From: an uncultured Acidobacteriota bacterium
GTDB taxonomy: Bacteria > Acidobacteriota > Vicinamibacteria > Fen-336
NCBI GenBank assembly: GCA_963720545.1
Contig: OY970399.1
Span: forward strand, 928,001 to 992,000
DNA: 64,000 nt
Reading direction: 5' to 3'
Shown here: piece by piece, positions 9,782-20,603 of the stretch
Layout of the letters: the number at the start of each line of letters is the position of its first letter
How positions within the stretch are numbered: position 1 is the first letter of the stretch
Notes under the pieces: generated by a model
Databases searched by the model: none
What the model was told of the DNA's origin: nothing
Seen by the model: only the letters and a program-made list of their open reading frames with translations
Made by a program: the position numbers and the translations under genes

Positions 9782-12700
9782 GGGCTGCGCCTTGGAGCGG
9801 CAGATGCGGTGGGTCTGGGCCTTGTAGTCGCCGTCCTTTGCTTCGAAGATGTTCGGCACGAAGTTCTGCGGGTTGCGGTCGATGATCGGGAACCAGGTGC
9901 TCTGCACCTGCACCATGATGCGGTGGCCCTTCAGGAAGCGGTGCGCGCGGGTGTGCAGGTCGAGGTTGATCTCCTGCACCTTGCCCGGCACGGTCGCCAC
10001 CGACTTCTCGAAGCCGTTGCGGTAGCGCGCGCGGGTGACGTCTCCCGAGACCATCAGCTCGAAGCCGGCGAGGTTGTGGTCGGCGCCTTCCTCGACCTTT
10101 TCCGGCAGCACGTCGATGAGCTTCACGATCCAGTCCGCGTCCGAGCCGGTGGTGGCGGCGAACAGCTTCGCGTCCACCTTGCCCGCTACCACAACGTCTT
10201 CCGTGAGGTAGTCGGTGACGTAGGTGAGGACGTCGGGACGGCCGTCCACGAAGCGCTGGTCCTCGGACAGCCACGACCACCAGCGCGAACCGTTCGAATA
10301 ATGGGGTTCGACGGGGCGGTAGCGGTACGGCACGGGCTTCGCCGGGTCGGAGACGAACGCGTCGCAGGTGTCGCCGGCCGCGGCCGGCGGATCGAACGAC
10401 AGCTTGCCGTTCTCACGCAGGTACAGGCTGCGGACCTTCGCATCCTTCTTCGCCGGCCACGCGTCGCGCTTCACCCACTTGTTCGAACCCGTCTCGAAGG
10501 TGAGCGCCTCGTCGAAGTCGGCCTTGCCCTGGTCCTTCAGGTAGAAGGCGAAGAAGCGCGCCTGCAGCTTGCGGAACTCGGACGAGGTGTCGCTGCCGAA
10601 GTCGATCTTGCCGAGGTTGCGGCCGGTGCCGTGCGCCCAGCCGCCATGGTTCCACGGGCCGACCACCAGGAAATTCTGGTTGCTGGCATCGTGGTTCTCG
10701 AGCGCGCGGTAGATCGTCTGCGGCCCGTAGAAGTCTTCCTGGTCGAACCAGCCGGCGACGTTCAGGGTCGGCACGGCGACGCGCGTCAGGTATGGCTTCA
10801 CCGACTGGCGCTGCCAGAACGCGTCGTAGTCGGGATGCTTCACGAAGTCGTTCCAGCTCGGCCGCTGTCCCTTGAAGTACCGGGTGTTCACGTTCGAGAG
10901 GGCGCCGAGGTTGAGGTACCACTCGTAGGTGTCGGCGCGATCGAACTCGAAGCGCTCGACGTCCTTCGAGGTCTCCAGGCTGTAGACGTACTCGAAGCCG
11001 TAGCTGAGGCGGAAGGCGCCGTTGTGGTGGAAGTCGTCGCCGATGTACATGTCGGCGGGCGACGCCTGCGGCGAGACCGCCTTCATCGCGGGGTGGGGGT
11101 CGAGCATCTCCATCACCGTGAGCCACCCGCCGTAGGACACGCCGAGCATGCCGGCGCGGCCGGTGTTACGGGTGTTCTTCAGCAGCCACTCGATGGTGTC
11201 GTAGGTGTCGGTGCTCTCGTCGATCGCCTTGGGATCCTTCGGGTCGCGCGGGTTGCGCAGCATCACGAAGCTGCCTTCCGACTTGCTGCGGCCGCGGATG
11301 TCCTGGTACACGAAGATGTAGCCGTCGTCCGCCAGCTCGCGGTACGAGCCCTCGATGTTGCGGCGCATGCCCTCGGCATCGTCGGAGAGGCCGTACGGGG
11401 TGCGGGTCAGGATCAGCGGCAGCGGGCTCGCGGCGCTCTTCGGCGTGTAGATCTCGGTGTGCAGCTTGACGCCGTCGCGCATCGCGATCATCTCGTCGCG
11501 GCGGTCGAACTCGATCGGCGGGCGAGAGGATGCGCCCTGGGCCGCGGGCGCCGTGGTGCTCGCGGGAAGCGACTCGAAGGTCTGGTTGCCGACCGGGTAC
11601 TTCGCCCAGTCCTTGTAGTCGAAGTGCCACCACTCCCACTGGTAGACGTTGAAGCCCTGCGCTTCCATCGCGTCGCGCAGCACGCGCCGGTAGTAGCGCT
11701 GCAACGAGGTGCCGCCGGGATAGTCGGGGAAGGAACGCGGCGACATCTCGTCGTAGAGGCCCACCATCTCGAGCGGCTTGCCGTCCGCGAGCGAGTAGAG
11801 GGTGAGGTCCACGGCGCAGCCGCGGTTGTGGCGCGAACCCTGGCCTGGGTCGGCGACGAAGATCTTGCCTTCCGCCGGGGTCGCATCCCAGAAGACCTTG
11901 GTGACGTACCACGGCCGGTATCCGTCATGGATGAGGAGCCCGAGTCCCTGGCTCGCGAGCGCCTTGTGGGCGCGCACCAGCGCCTCCGCGGCCGGGCGCT
12001 GCATGAAAGCACGAGGCTGCTTGTAGACAGGCGTGCCCAGGAAGTTGTCGTTGCCCGCGTAGCGGATGTCGAGGCGGATCGAGGGGTCGAGCGAGGTCAG
12101 CTCGGCGAGGTCCATCGGCAGCAGGTTGTCTGCCTGCTTCGGCGGCGTTGCCTTCAGCGCGGCCTCGGTGAGTTCGGCCACCGGACGCTGTGGCTTGATC
12201 TGGAACACCGCCTGCCCCTCGCCGCCGACGTTGCGCCGCTTCCAGGCGACGTTCGCCGCCACCACTTCGGTGGCGCGCCCAGAGGCGTCGCGTTTGAAGA
12301 GCGCCGTCTCGTTGTCGTAGAGCCCGGTCTTCGGGAAGCGGTACAGGTCGTCCTTCTCCTGCTCGAGCGGGTACGCGGTGAACCACTCGATGAGCGTCCA
12401 CAGCCTGCCGTCCTTCTCGTAGACGTAGAGCGTGTTGTGGTCCCAGCCGTACTCGCCGATGAGCCCCTTGAACTTGTCGTTCACGGGCGCAGGCTTCTTC
12501 GTCTTCTGCTTCGTGAAGACCGCGTCACCCTGTGTCAGCTTGTCGCCCGCAACCTTGTAGACGGTGCCGTGGCCGATGACGTCGTCGGTGACGAGGTCGG
12601 TGCCGTCGCGCCGCAGGCGCAGCGTCACGTCATCGTCGGAGCGCGACACGAACAGCTTGCCCTCGCGCTCCTCGAGGTCCACCGAGACGTCGTCCTTGCC

Positions 12701-13948
12701 GTAGCGGCCGGCCATGGCGCGCGCCTCGGCCGGGTCGATGTCGGTGAGCACCTTCGGTTCGGGCAGCGGCTTGCCGTCCTTGCGGGCCAGCATCATGCGC
12801 AGCGCGCTGATCGCGATCTGGTCGATCACGGCGTTGGCACCGTCCTTGGTGGCGACCGCCACGACGCCGAGACCGACGTCGGGCAGCGCCATCAGCGTGG
12901 TGGCGAAGCCGTAGACGGCGCCGTCATGGCCCACCCAGCGCTGGCCCTCGAGCTCGTTCACGGCGAAGCCGATGCCGAAGCCGCGCTTGGCGTCTTTCGC
13001 GGCGAACTGCGGCGTCCACATCGCCTCGAGCGTCTGCGGCTTGAGGATCGCCTTGCCGCCGCCGAGGTCGCCTTTCGCGAACAGCACGCTCATGAAGCGC
13101 CCGAGGTCCAGCACTGTCGAATACATGGCGCCACACGGATCCATGCCGAAGCGGAACCCCGGGGCGTCGAACGTGCGCCCGTCGTAGGTCCACATGGTGG
13201 CCTTCGCCAGGTCTTTCATGAGAGCCGGCTTCTTCTCGAACGAGCTGCGGTTCATGCCGAGCGGCTGCAGCACGGCCTTCTCGAGGTAGGGCGCGAACGG
13301 CTGCTTTTGCGTCAGCTCGAGCGCATAGCCGACGGTGGCGATGCCGGCGTTCGAGTACTTGGCCTTCTCCTCGGGGTGATAGACGAGCGTCGTGTCGTTG
13401 AGGCTTGCGATGGTGGCGGCGAGCGTCGGCTCGTCGGTCGTGAAGTAGTTGCCGACCGGAGGCTCGCGGATGAGGCCCGAGCGGTGCGACATCAGCATGC
13501 GCAGCGTTATGGGCTTGTCCCCCGGCCACGGGTTCTTCGGCGCGAAGGTCGGGATGTAGGTCGTGAGCGGCGCGTCGATGTCCATCTTGCCCTGTTCGGT
13601 CAGCCGCATGACGCCGATGTCGGTGAACAGCTTCGAGACGGAGCCGACACGGTAGATGGTTTCGGCAGTCGCCGGCCGCTTGGCCGTGGGATCGGCAAAG
13701 CCGAAGCCCTGCGCCCACACCACCTTGTTGCCCGCGACGAGCGCGATGGAGACGGCGGGCAGCCCCTTGTCTTCCATCTCGGCCTTCACCTGCTTCTGCA
13801 GGGCGGCGGCGATCGCCGCGTAGCCGGGGGCAGGCGCCACGGTTTCGCGCCGCGCCTCCGCGGCGCGCGCGCCGGCCGGCAGGGCGACGCCGACGGCGAC
13901 GGCGACGAACAGAGAAGCGGGGGCGGCGAGGCGTAGGCACAACTTCAT
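9755..13948 (-). CDS. Secreted triple hydrolase fusion: beta-lactamase-like serine hydrolase + M15D D-Ala-D-Ala dipeptidase + CocE/NonD (S15) hydrolase
   Basis: ATG 13948 overlaps the permease stop (ATGA); signal peptide; [22 protein letters not shown] and EWWH (VanX-type Zn motifs); GVSYGG and [11 protein letters not shown]; 1397 aa with no internal stop. Confidence 0.88.
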   Translation of the reverse strand: MKLCLRLAAPASLFVAVAVGVALPAGARAAEARRETVAPAPGYAAIAAALQKQVKAEMEDKGLPAVSIALVAGNKVVWAQGFGFADPTAKRPATAETIYRVGSVSKLFTDIGVMRLTEQGKMDIDAPLTTYIPTFAPKNPWPGDKPITLRMLMSHRSGLIREPPVGNYFTTDEPTLAATIASLNDTTLVYHPEEKAKYSNAGIATVGYALELTQKQPFAPYLEKAVLQPLGMNRSSFEKKPALMKDLAKATMWTYDGRTFDAPGFRFGMDPCGAMYSTVLDLGRFMSVLFAKGDLGGGKAILKPQTLEAMWTPQFAAKDAKRGFGIGFAVNELEGQRWVGHDGAVYGFATTLMALPDVGLGVVAVATKDGANAVIDQIAISALRMMLARKDGKPLPEPKVLTDIDPAEARAMAGRYGKDDVSVDLEEREGKLFVSRSDDDVTLRLRRDGTDLVTDDVIGHGTVYKVAGDKLTQGDAVFTKQKTKKPAPVNDKFKGLIGEYGWDHNTLYVYEKDGRLWTLIEWFTAYPLEQEKDDLYRFPKTGLYDNETALFKRDASGRATEVVAANVAWKRRNVGGEGQAVFQIKPQRPVAELTEAALKATPPKQADNLLPMDLAELTSLDPSIRLDIRYAGNDNFLGTPVYKQPRAFMQRPAAEALVRAHKALASQGLGLLIHDGYRPWYVTKVFWDATPAEGKIFVADPGQGSRHNRGCAVDLTLYSLADGKPLEMVGLYDEMSPRSFPDYPGGTSLQRYYRRVLRDAMEAQGFNVYQWEWWHFDYKDWAKYPVGNQTFESLPASTTAPAAQGASSRPPIEFDRRDEMIAMRDGVKLHTEIYTPKSAASPLPLILTRTPYGLSDDAEGMRRNIEGSYRELADDGYIFVYQDIRGRSKSEGSFVMLRNPRDPKDPKAIDESTDTYDTIEWLLKNTRNTGRAGMLGVSYGGWLTVMEMLDPHPAMKAVSPQASPADMYIGDDFHHNGAFRLSYGFEYVYSLETSKDVERFEFDRADTYEWYLNLGALSNVNTRYFKGQRPSWNDFVKHPDYDAFWQRQSVKPYLTRVAVPTLNVAGWFDQEDFYGPQTIYRALENHDASNQNFLVVGPWNHGGWAHGTGRNLGKIDFGSDTSSEFRKLQARFFAFYLKDQGKADFDEALTFETGSNKWVKRDAWPAKKDAKVRSLYLRENGKLSFDPPAAAGDTCDAFVSDPAKPVPYRYRPVEPHYSNGSRWWSWLSEDQRFVDGRPDVLTYVTDYLTEDVVVAGKVDAKLFAATTGSDADWIVKLIDVLPEKVEEGADHNLAGFELMVSGDVTRARYRNGFEKSVATVPGKVQEINLDLHTRAHRFLKGHRIMVQVQSTWFPIIDRNPQNFVPNIFEAKDGDYKAQTHRICRSKAQPSAVTFTSN

Positions 13949-15324
13949 GAAGCGCTTCCTCCAGTGGATTGTCCCGGCCGCCGCCACAGCCAATAGGCGG
14001 GAATGCCGGTAGCAACGATGAGCAGGCCATAGGCGGCCTGCGAAGGCTGGGTGGCGATGGTGTTGAGGACGATGAAGGCGGCGGCAACGACGAACGCGAG
14101 CGGCGTCCACGGATAGCCGGGGACGCGGAACGGCCGCGGCGCGTCCGGCCGCCTGCGGCGGTCGACGAACAGGCTCGCCGCGCCGAGCCCGTAGAAGAGC
14201 CATGAGGAGAAGACGGCGTATGTCAGGAGCGTCTCGAAAGTGCCGGACGCCGCCAGCACCATCGACCAGACCGTCGTGGCCGCGACCGCCACGTGCGGCG
14301 TGCCGAAGCGCGGGTGCACGCGGCCGAGCGACGCCACGAACACGCCATCGCGGGCCATCGCGAAGAACACGCGTGAGGCGGTCAGCACCAGGGCGTTGGC
14401 GGCGCTGAACATCGAGACGAGCGCGACGGCCGCGATCAGCTTCGAGGCGATCGGCCCGAACACCGCGCCCACCGCCTCGGCGGCGATCCGCTCCGACTGC
14501 GCGGCGCGCACCGGGCCGAGCGCCTGCAGGTAGCCGAGGTTCGCGAGCAGGTAGACGGCCATCACCGCCACCGCGCTCAGGATGATGCCGCGCGGAAAGG
14601 TGCGCTGCGGGTCGCGGGTCTCGCCCGCCGAAAAGGTGACGTATTGCCAGCCCTCGTACGACCACAGCACCCTGATCACCGCGATGCCGATGGCGCCGAG
14701 CGCAACGGCGCCGGCCGGTGCAGCCGCCACGGCGCCGGCCAGCGGAGCCGCCTGTGTCGAAACCAGCAGCAGGATGGCCATGGCGATCACCGCCGTGAGC
14801 TTTACGGCCGTGGTCAGCGCCTGCACGTTGGCGCTCTCGCGCGTGCCGATGACGTTGAGCACGCCGATGACGGCGATCATCAGCAGCGCGGCAAGCGTGG
14901 CGCCGAGCGGCGAGACCGCGAGGAATTCCCTCAAGTAGCCGGAGAACGCGACCGCGAGGGTCGCAACCGAGCCGGTGACGATGACGAAGAAGTTGCTCCA
15001 GCCGTAGACGAACGCCGTGTGCTTGCCGAAATTCTCGCGCAGGTAGACGTAGAGGCCGCCGGCCTCGGGGCGCGAGGCGCCGAGTTCGCCGTAGGTGAGG
15101 GCGCCGAGGATCGAGAGGATGCCGCCGATCACCCAGACGGAGAGCGCGGCCGTGACGCTGCCGCCGACCGAACGCAACACGGCGGCGGGCACGATGAAGA
15201 TCCCGGAGCCGATGACGGCGCCGATGCCGATGAACACCAGGTCGCGCAGGCCCAGCATGCGCGCGAGGGAGCCGCCTTGCTGCTGGCCGGCAGGGCGTGC
15301 GGACGTCGCTTCGCTCGGGCTCAC
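13945..15324 (-). CDS. APC-family amino acid permease
   Basis: IGAVIGSGIFIVP, ALTYGELGA..PEAGG.Y, SYEGW, RPFRVPGYP; about 12 TM segments. Start uncertain (GTG 15324 chosen). Confidence 0.9.
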   Translation of the reverse strand: MSPSEATSARPAGQQQGGSLARMLGLRDLVFIGIGAVIGSGIFIVPAAVLRSVGGSVTAALSVWVIGGILSILGALTYGELGASRPEAGGLYVYLRENFGKHTAFVYGWSNFFVIVTGSVATLAVAFSGYLREFLAVSPLGATLAALLMIAVIGVLNVIGTRESANVQALTTAVKLTAVIAMAILLLVSTQAAPLAGAVAAAPAGAVALGAIGIAVIRVLWSYEGWQYVTFSAGETRDPQRTFPRGIILSAVAVMAVYLLANLGYLQALGPVRAAQSERIAAEAVGAVFGPIASKLIAAVALVSMFSAANALVLTASRVFFAMARDGVFVASLGRVHPRFGTPHVAVAATTVWSMVLAASGTFETLLTYAVFSSWLFYGLGAASLFVDRRRRPDAPRPFRVPGYPWTPLAFVVAAAFIVLNTIATQPSQAAYGLLIVATGIPAYWLWRRPGQSTGGSAS

Positions 15325-15413
15325 TGGAGGCACATTCAACACTCGTTGCGCCGCGCATTCAAGTGGCAATGTGAACCCTGGCATTCATGCGCGAACCATG
15401 GTACAAACCCGCA

Positions 15414-16581
15414 ATGCCAAGCCTTGCTGCACCAGGTGTTGCATCGCGGATAGCGCTGCCCGCCCCCCTCAACCTCGAATCGATCGAACTCGTCGAGGTC
15501 TCGCTGCCGCTCACCGAACCCTTCGAAACCAGCTTCGGCCGCACCGAAAAGCGGCGCATATGCCTGGTCGCCATCGGCAGCGGGCCGCACACCGGCTGGG
15601 GCGAGATCGTCGCGGCCGAAGACCCGCTCTACAGCTATGAAACGGTCGACACCGCCTGGCACATCGTGCGCACCTTCTTCGCACCGGCGCTGCTGCAGGG
15701 CGAGGTGGGCGGCCTCGACGACGTGGTGGCGCGGCTCTCCGCCTTCAAGGGCCATCCCATGGCGCGCGCCGGCCTCGAGCTCGCGTTCGCCGACCTGTGC
15801 GCGCGGGTGCGCGGCGTGACCCTCTCGTCGCTGCTGGGCGGCACTCGCGAGCGGGTGGCGGTCGGCGTCAGCCTCGGCATCCAGGCCCGGCTCGACGCGC
15901 TCCTCGAAAGGGTCGATCGCCACCTGGCGCTCGGCTACCAGCGCATCAAGCTCAAGATCAAGCCGGGCTGGGACATCGACGTGGTGCGCGCCGTGCGCGA
16001 GCGCCATCCCAGGGATCCTGCTCTCGGTGGACGCAAACGCCGCCTACCGCCTGGCCGACGCCGAGCACCTCATGCAGCTCGACCAGTTCGGCCTGTTGAT
16101 GATCGAGCAGCCGCTCGACCACGACGACCTCGAGGACCACGCGCGCCTGCAGGCACGCCTGCAGACGCCGGTTTGCCTCGACGAGAGCATCACCTCGGCG
16201 CGCATCGCGAGGCGCGCGATCGACGGCGGCAGCTGCCGGATGGTCAACATGAAGGTGGGCCGGGTGGGCGGCTACTCGCAGGCGCTCGAGATCCACGACA
16301 TCTGCGTGCAGCGAGGCATTCCGCTCTGGTGCGGCGGCATGCTCGAGTCGGGCGTCGGCCGTGCGCACAACATCGCGCTCGCCAGCCTCCCCGGCTTCAC
16401 GCTGCCGGGCGACATCTCCGCGAGCCGCCGCTACTTCGCGCGCGACATCATCGACCCCGGCGTCGAGGTGGCGCCGGACGGCACCGTGGCGGTGCCGGGC
16501 GGCCCGGGCTTCGGCTTCACACTCGACCTGCCGTTCCTCGAGCAGCACGTGGCCACCCGGGAGCGTATCGTCCGCCCATGA
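15414..16581 (+). pseudogene. menC: o-succinylbenzoate synthase / N-acylamino acid racemase (enolase superfamily), split by a +1 frameshift near 16008-16014
   Basis: N-terminal half has PFETSFG and KLKIKPG; the C-terminal half in another frame has VDAN, EQP, LDES, K, GGMLE, GDIS. Removing one base in CCCAGGG joins them (HP[G/R]ILLSVDAN). Confidence 0.8.
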
Positions 16582-17705
16582 GCGCCGAGCTGCTGCGCGG
16601 CTTCGAAGCCGGCAAGGACGTCCTCATCGCCGACCTGCGCGCGCTGGTCGAGATGGAGAGCCCGTCCGACGACGCGGCGCGCGTCTCGTCGCTCGCGGCC
16701 TGGACCGCCGCGCGCCTGCGCGACGCCGGGGTCGCGGCCCGCACCGTCTCCTGTCCGCCGCGCGGCGACGCGGTGCTTGCGGGTGCCGCCTGCGACGCCT
16801 CGGCGCAGGGGCTCGGCGCGCTGCTGATGGGCCACATCGACACGGTCTGGCCGGTCGGCTCGCTCGCCGAGCTGCCGTTCCATGTGGATGCCCGCGGCCA
16901 CGCCACCGGCCCCGGCATCTTCGACATGAAGGCCGGCGTCGCCGTGGCAATCGCGGCGCTCTCGCACCTCGGCGGCCGCGGCCGCGCTTCGCTGCTGCTG
17001 GTGAGCGACGAGGAAGTCGGCACCTTCGCCTGCCGCCCCCTGCTGCGCGAGGTCGCGCTGCGCCACCGCGCGGTGCTGGTGCTCGAGCCGTCGCTGGACG
17101 GCGCCGTCAAGATCGCGCGCAAGGGCGTCGGCACCTTCACTGCCCACTTCGCCGGCCGCGCCGCCCACGCCGGGCTCGACCCGGAGCGCGGCGCCTCGAG
17201 CCTCGTCGAGATGGCTCGCTACACGCTGTTCGCCGCGGGCCTGGGCGACGCGGCGCTCGGCACCACAGTGACGCCGACGGTTGCGAACGCCGGCACCACA
17301 CTGAACGTAGTGCCCGAGAAGGCATCCCTGATTATCGACGCGCGCGTCTGGCAGGCGGGCGAGGCGGCGCGGGTGACCGAGGCCCTGCGCGGCTATCAGC
17401 CGCACGACAACCGGGTGCGCCTGACCCTCGAAGGCGGCTTCGACCGGCCGCCGCTCGAAGACACGGATGCCAGCCGCTCGCTCTATGCGCGCGCGCAGGA
17501 CATCGCCGCGGCCATGGGCGTCGAGCTCAAGGCGGCGCGGGTGGGCGGCGCATCCGACGGCAACCTCACCGCGGAGGCCGGCGTGCCCACGCTCGACGGC
17601 CTCGGCCCGCGCGGCAACGGGGCGCACGCGCGCGACGAATACGTGGAGACCAGTGACCTGCCCTTCAGGGCCGCGCTGATAGCGGCGATCGCGGGCGGGT
17701 TTTGA
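16578..17705 (+). CDS. M20 family metallopeptidase (glutamate carboxypeptidase-like)
   Basis: ATGA overlap with the racemase stop; GHIDTV, GPGIFDMKAG, SDEEVG, GGASDGN, GAHARDE. Confidence 0.9.
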   Translation: MSAELLRGFEAGKDVLIADLRALVEMESPSDDAARVSSLAAWTAARLRDAGVAARTVSCPPRGDAVLAGAACDASAQGLGALLMGHIDTVWPVGSLAELPFHVDARGHATGPGIFDMKAGVAVAIAALSHLGGRGRASLLLVSDEEVGTFACRPLLREVALRHRAVLVLEPSLDGAVKIARKGVGTFTAHFAGRAAHAGLDPERGASSLVEMARYTLFAAGLGDAALGTTVTPTVANAGTTLNVVPEKASLIIDARVWQAGEAARVTEALRGYQPHDNRVRLTLEGGFDRPPLEDTDASRSLYARAQDIAAAMGVELKAARVGGASDGNLTAEAGVPTLDGLGPRGNGAHARDEYVETSDLPFRAALIAAIAGGF

Positions 17706-17738
17706 CGTGCAGATGACGGCTTTCGAGGAGGCGTGACC

Positions 17739-20597
17739 ATGTTCGAGCGTTCGAGATTCATCCGGCGGGTGTCGATCGCGGCGGCGGCATTGCTCGCGGC
17801 GATCGCACCATCAATACACGCGCAGACATCGACGGTGGTGATTCGCGGCAAGGTCGTCGACGAACAGGGCGCCACCCTGCCGGGCGTCTCGATCACCGCG
17901 CGCAACGTGGCGACGAGCGCGAGCCGCAGCGTCGTCAGCGAGGCGAACGGGCAGTTCTTCATCCCCAACCTGCAGCCGGGAACCTATGAGGTGACGGCGA
18001 GCCTCGGCGGCTTCTCCGCCAGCAAGCGCGCCGGCCTGCTGCTGCGCGTCGGCCAGGAAGCGACCGTGGACTTCACCATGAAGGTGGGCACGGTGGCCGA
18101 GGAGATCACGGTCACCGGCGACTCGCTGGTGCTGGAGACGACCAAGAATTCCATCGGCACCATCATCGACAAGGACCAGATCGACGCGCTGCCGGTGCTC
18201 GACCGCGACTTCGCGTCGCTCGCCAAGCTGTCGCCGGGCGTTACCACCGGGGCCGGTGGCAACGGCGATTCGCTGTCGTTCAACGGCCAGCACGGCTACT
18301 CGAACGGCTTCTTCGTCGACGGCGCCTCGGCGGAGTGGAACTACTACGGCAAGCAGTCCTCGACCTTCGTGCAGGACTGGATCCAGGAATTCCAGGTGCT
18401 GACGAACTCCTTCCCCGCCGAGTTCGGCACCGCCTCGGGCGGCATCATCAACGCCGTCACCCGCAGCGGCGGCAACGAGTTCCACGGCCGCGCCTACGGC
18501 TTCTTCCGCAACGACGCGCTCGACTCCGGCAACTTCACCGGCGCCTTCGTGAACGGTGAGCCGCAGTTCTTCGAGGGCGACGAGAAGCCCCAGCTGAGCC
18601 AGAAGCGGCTCGGCGGCTTCCTGAGCGGCCCGCTGGTCAAGGACAAGCTGTTCTTCTTCGCCGGCTACGAGCGCTTCACGCGCGACTCGTCCGAGGCGCT
18701 CGGCATCACCGACTACTGGCGCGACCGCGGCGTCAAGTCGGTGGTGCCGATCGAGGGCCACGACAACCCGTTCATCGTCAAGCTCGACGCCGACGTCAAC
18801 GGCAGCAACCACCTGTCGCTGCGCTACGACCGCACAGACCGCATCGACACCAACCAGTCGCAGGTGAGCGGCCCCACCGACACCGAGGAGGTCCGCTACA
18901 GCTTCGGCGGCCCGATCTGGAACATGGTCGGACAATGGACGACCACGCTCGGCAACAGCAAGTTCAACGAGTTCCGCGCGGTCTACGGCTCGAACGAGCC
19001 GCCGATCATCTGCAACAAGTCGGGGACGGGCGGCCAGGGCAACCTGCAGCAGCGGCCCGGCACCTTCTCGACGCAGATCTACCCTGGCGCCACTTTCGGC
19101 TGCCCGATCTTCACCGGCCTCGAGGGCGAGAAGACGCTGCAGATCATCGACAACTTCTCGTTCGTCAAGGGCAACCACCAGTTCAAGGTCGGCGGCCAGG
19201 GCTACCGGGTCAACACCATCATCGACGTCACCAACTTCCACGACGGCTACTGGCAGTTCCCCAGCGACCTGCTCTTCGACATCAACAACCCCGCGAGCTA
19301 CCCCGACGTCTTCCAGGGCAACATCGGCACGGTCAACGTCAACGTCAAGCAGTGGAACGTGTACGGCTACGCCCAGGACACGTGGCAGCTCAACGACAAG
19401 TGGGTGCTGAACCTCGGCATCCGCTACGACCTCGACAACAGCGTCAAGGCCGGGAACGAGTACGTCGACCAGAAGAACGCGCAGCTTGTGGCGCGCTACG
19501 GCGGCACGGCGCCGCTGCAGAAGACCAAGGCCGACAAGAACAACTTCTCGCCGCGCCTCGGCATCGTCTACACGCCCGGTGCCGACAAGCGCACCACGTT
19601 CCGCGCCGCTGCGGGACGCTTCTACGACCAGAACCACAACAACTTCAACGCGATCTACTACGCCAACACGCTGCTGGCCGACCGCTTCATCGTGTTCGAC
19701 GCCAACGATCCGTTCTCGGCCGAGCCGTTCGGCGGCTCCGCCGCCCTGCGCCAGTTCCTGGCGAACGCGTTCCCGTTCTTCCCCGACCTGACGCTGGCGC
19801 CGGCGCCCTCGGACATCATCAACCGCAACGACCCGAACCTGAAGGTGGCCTATACCGACCAGCTGACTGCCGGCGTCGGCCATGACTTCGGCAACGGCCT
19901 GCGCGTCGACGCCGACCTCGTCTACACGCGCGGCGAAGGCATCCCGATCTACATCGACGACAACGTGGCGCTGGTGAACGGCCAGTACATCCAGGTCGAT
20001 CCGCGCTTCAACTCGGTGTCGACGCTCAAGAACGTGGGCTGGAGCCGCTACAAGGCGCTCCTCACCCAGGCGCGCTACCGCCGCGGCAAGGGCAACATCG
20101 ACCTCTCGTACACGCTGAGCAAGACCACCTCGAACAACAACACCAACATCTTCGGCAACAGCCCCACCAACCCGCTCGACCTGTCCGAAGACGAGGGCCC
20201 CGACACCATCGATCGCCGCCACAACCTGGTGGTGAACGCCAACTACACGTTCCCCCTCGACTTCCAGGTGGCGGGAATCTGGACCGTGCGCAGCGCGGCG
20301 CCCTACAGCGCCACCCAGCGCTTCAACAGCGACCCGGACGATCCGTTCAACGATCGGCCCGAACCGCGCAATTCGCGCCGCGGCGACAGCTTCAACACCG
20401 TGGACCTGCGCCTGTCGAAGATGTTCAAGCTGGGCGGCGACGTGCGCGTCACCGCGTTCTGGGAGGTGTTCAACGCCCTCAACACCACCAACTTCAACAC
20501 CTTCTTCACGCGCATCGACATCCCGGACACCTTCGGCCAGCCGAACTCGGCGTTCGAGAAGCGCCGCCAGCAGGGCGGGCTGCGCATCGACTTCTAG
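17739..20597 (+). CDS. TonB-dependent receptor (carboxypeptidase-regulatory-like N-domain, Oar type)
   Basis: GAGGAGG RBS; signal peptide; GKVVDEQGATLPGV; AEFGTASGGIINAVTRSG; NNFSPRLG; C-terminal Phe. Confidence 0.92.
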   Translation: MFERSRFIRRVSIAAAALLAAIAPSIHAQTSTVVIRGKVVDEQGATLPGVSITARNVATSASRSVVSEANGQFFIPNLQPGTYEVTASLGGFSASKRAGLLLRVGQEATVDFTMKVGTVAEEITVTGDSLVLETTKNSIGTIIDKDQIDALPVLDRDFASLAKLSPGVTTGAGGNGDSLSFNGQHGYSNGFFVDGASAEWNYYGKQSSTFVQDWIQEFQVLTNSFPAEFGTASGGIINAVTRSGGNEFHGRAYGFFRNDALDSGNFTGAFVNGEPQFFEGDEKPQLSQKRLGGFLSGPLVKDKLFFFAGYERFTRDSSEALGITDYWRDRGVKSVVPIEGHDNPFIVKLDADVNGSNHLSLRYDRTDRIDTNQSQVSGPTDTEEVRYSFGGPIWNMVGQWTTTLGNSKFNEFRAVYGSNEPPIICNKSGTGGQGNLQQRPGTFSTQIYPGATFGCPIFTGLEGEKTLQIIDNFSFVKGNHQFKVGGQGYRVNTIIDVTNFHDGYWQFPSDLLFDINNPASYPDVFQGNIGTVNVNVKQWNVYGYAQDTWQLNDKWVLNLGIRYDLDNSVKAGNEYVDQKNAQLVARYGGTAPLQKTKADKNNFSPRLGIVYTPGADKRTTFRAAAGRFYDQNHNNFNAIYYANTLLADRFIVFDANDPFSAEPFGGSAALRQFLANAFPFFPDLTLAPAPSDIINRNDPNLKVAYTDQLTAGVGHDFGNGLRVDADLVYTRGEGIPIYIDDNVALVNGQYIQVDPRFNSVSTLKNVGWSRYKALLTQARYRRGKGNIDLSYTLSKTTSNNNTNIFGNSPTNPLDLSEDEGPDTIDRRHNLVVNANYTFPLDFQVAGIWTVRSAAPYSATQRFNSDPDDPFNDRPEPRNSRRGDSFNTVDLRLSKMFKLGGDVRVTAFWEVFNALNTTNFNTFFTRIDIPDTFGQPNSAFEKRRQQGGLRIDF

Positions 20598-20603
20598 GCC
20601 GGG

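Noticed and set aside
9809..13936. 1375-aa plus-strand ORF and similar long antisense ORFs (17811-20222, 35553-38297, 57154-58854)
   Set aside because: Stop-free shadows of genes with strong GC3 bias; no recognisable motifs.
13949..15358. N-terminal 470 aa of the 1867-aa ORF
   Set aside because: Arg/Pro-rich off-frame translation of the APC permease; the real start is ATG 13948, with a signal peptide and ATGA coupling.
15387..17705. 772-aa OSBS-M20 fusion ORF
   Set aside because: The middle section is off-frame junk caused by the +1 frameshift; the racemase C-terminal half is in another frame and the M20 gene has its own coupled ATG.
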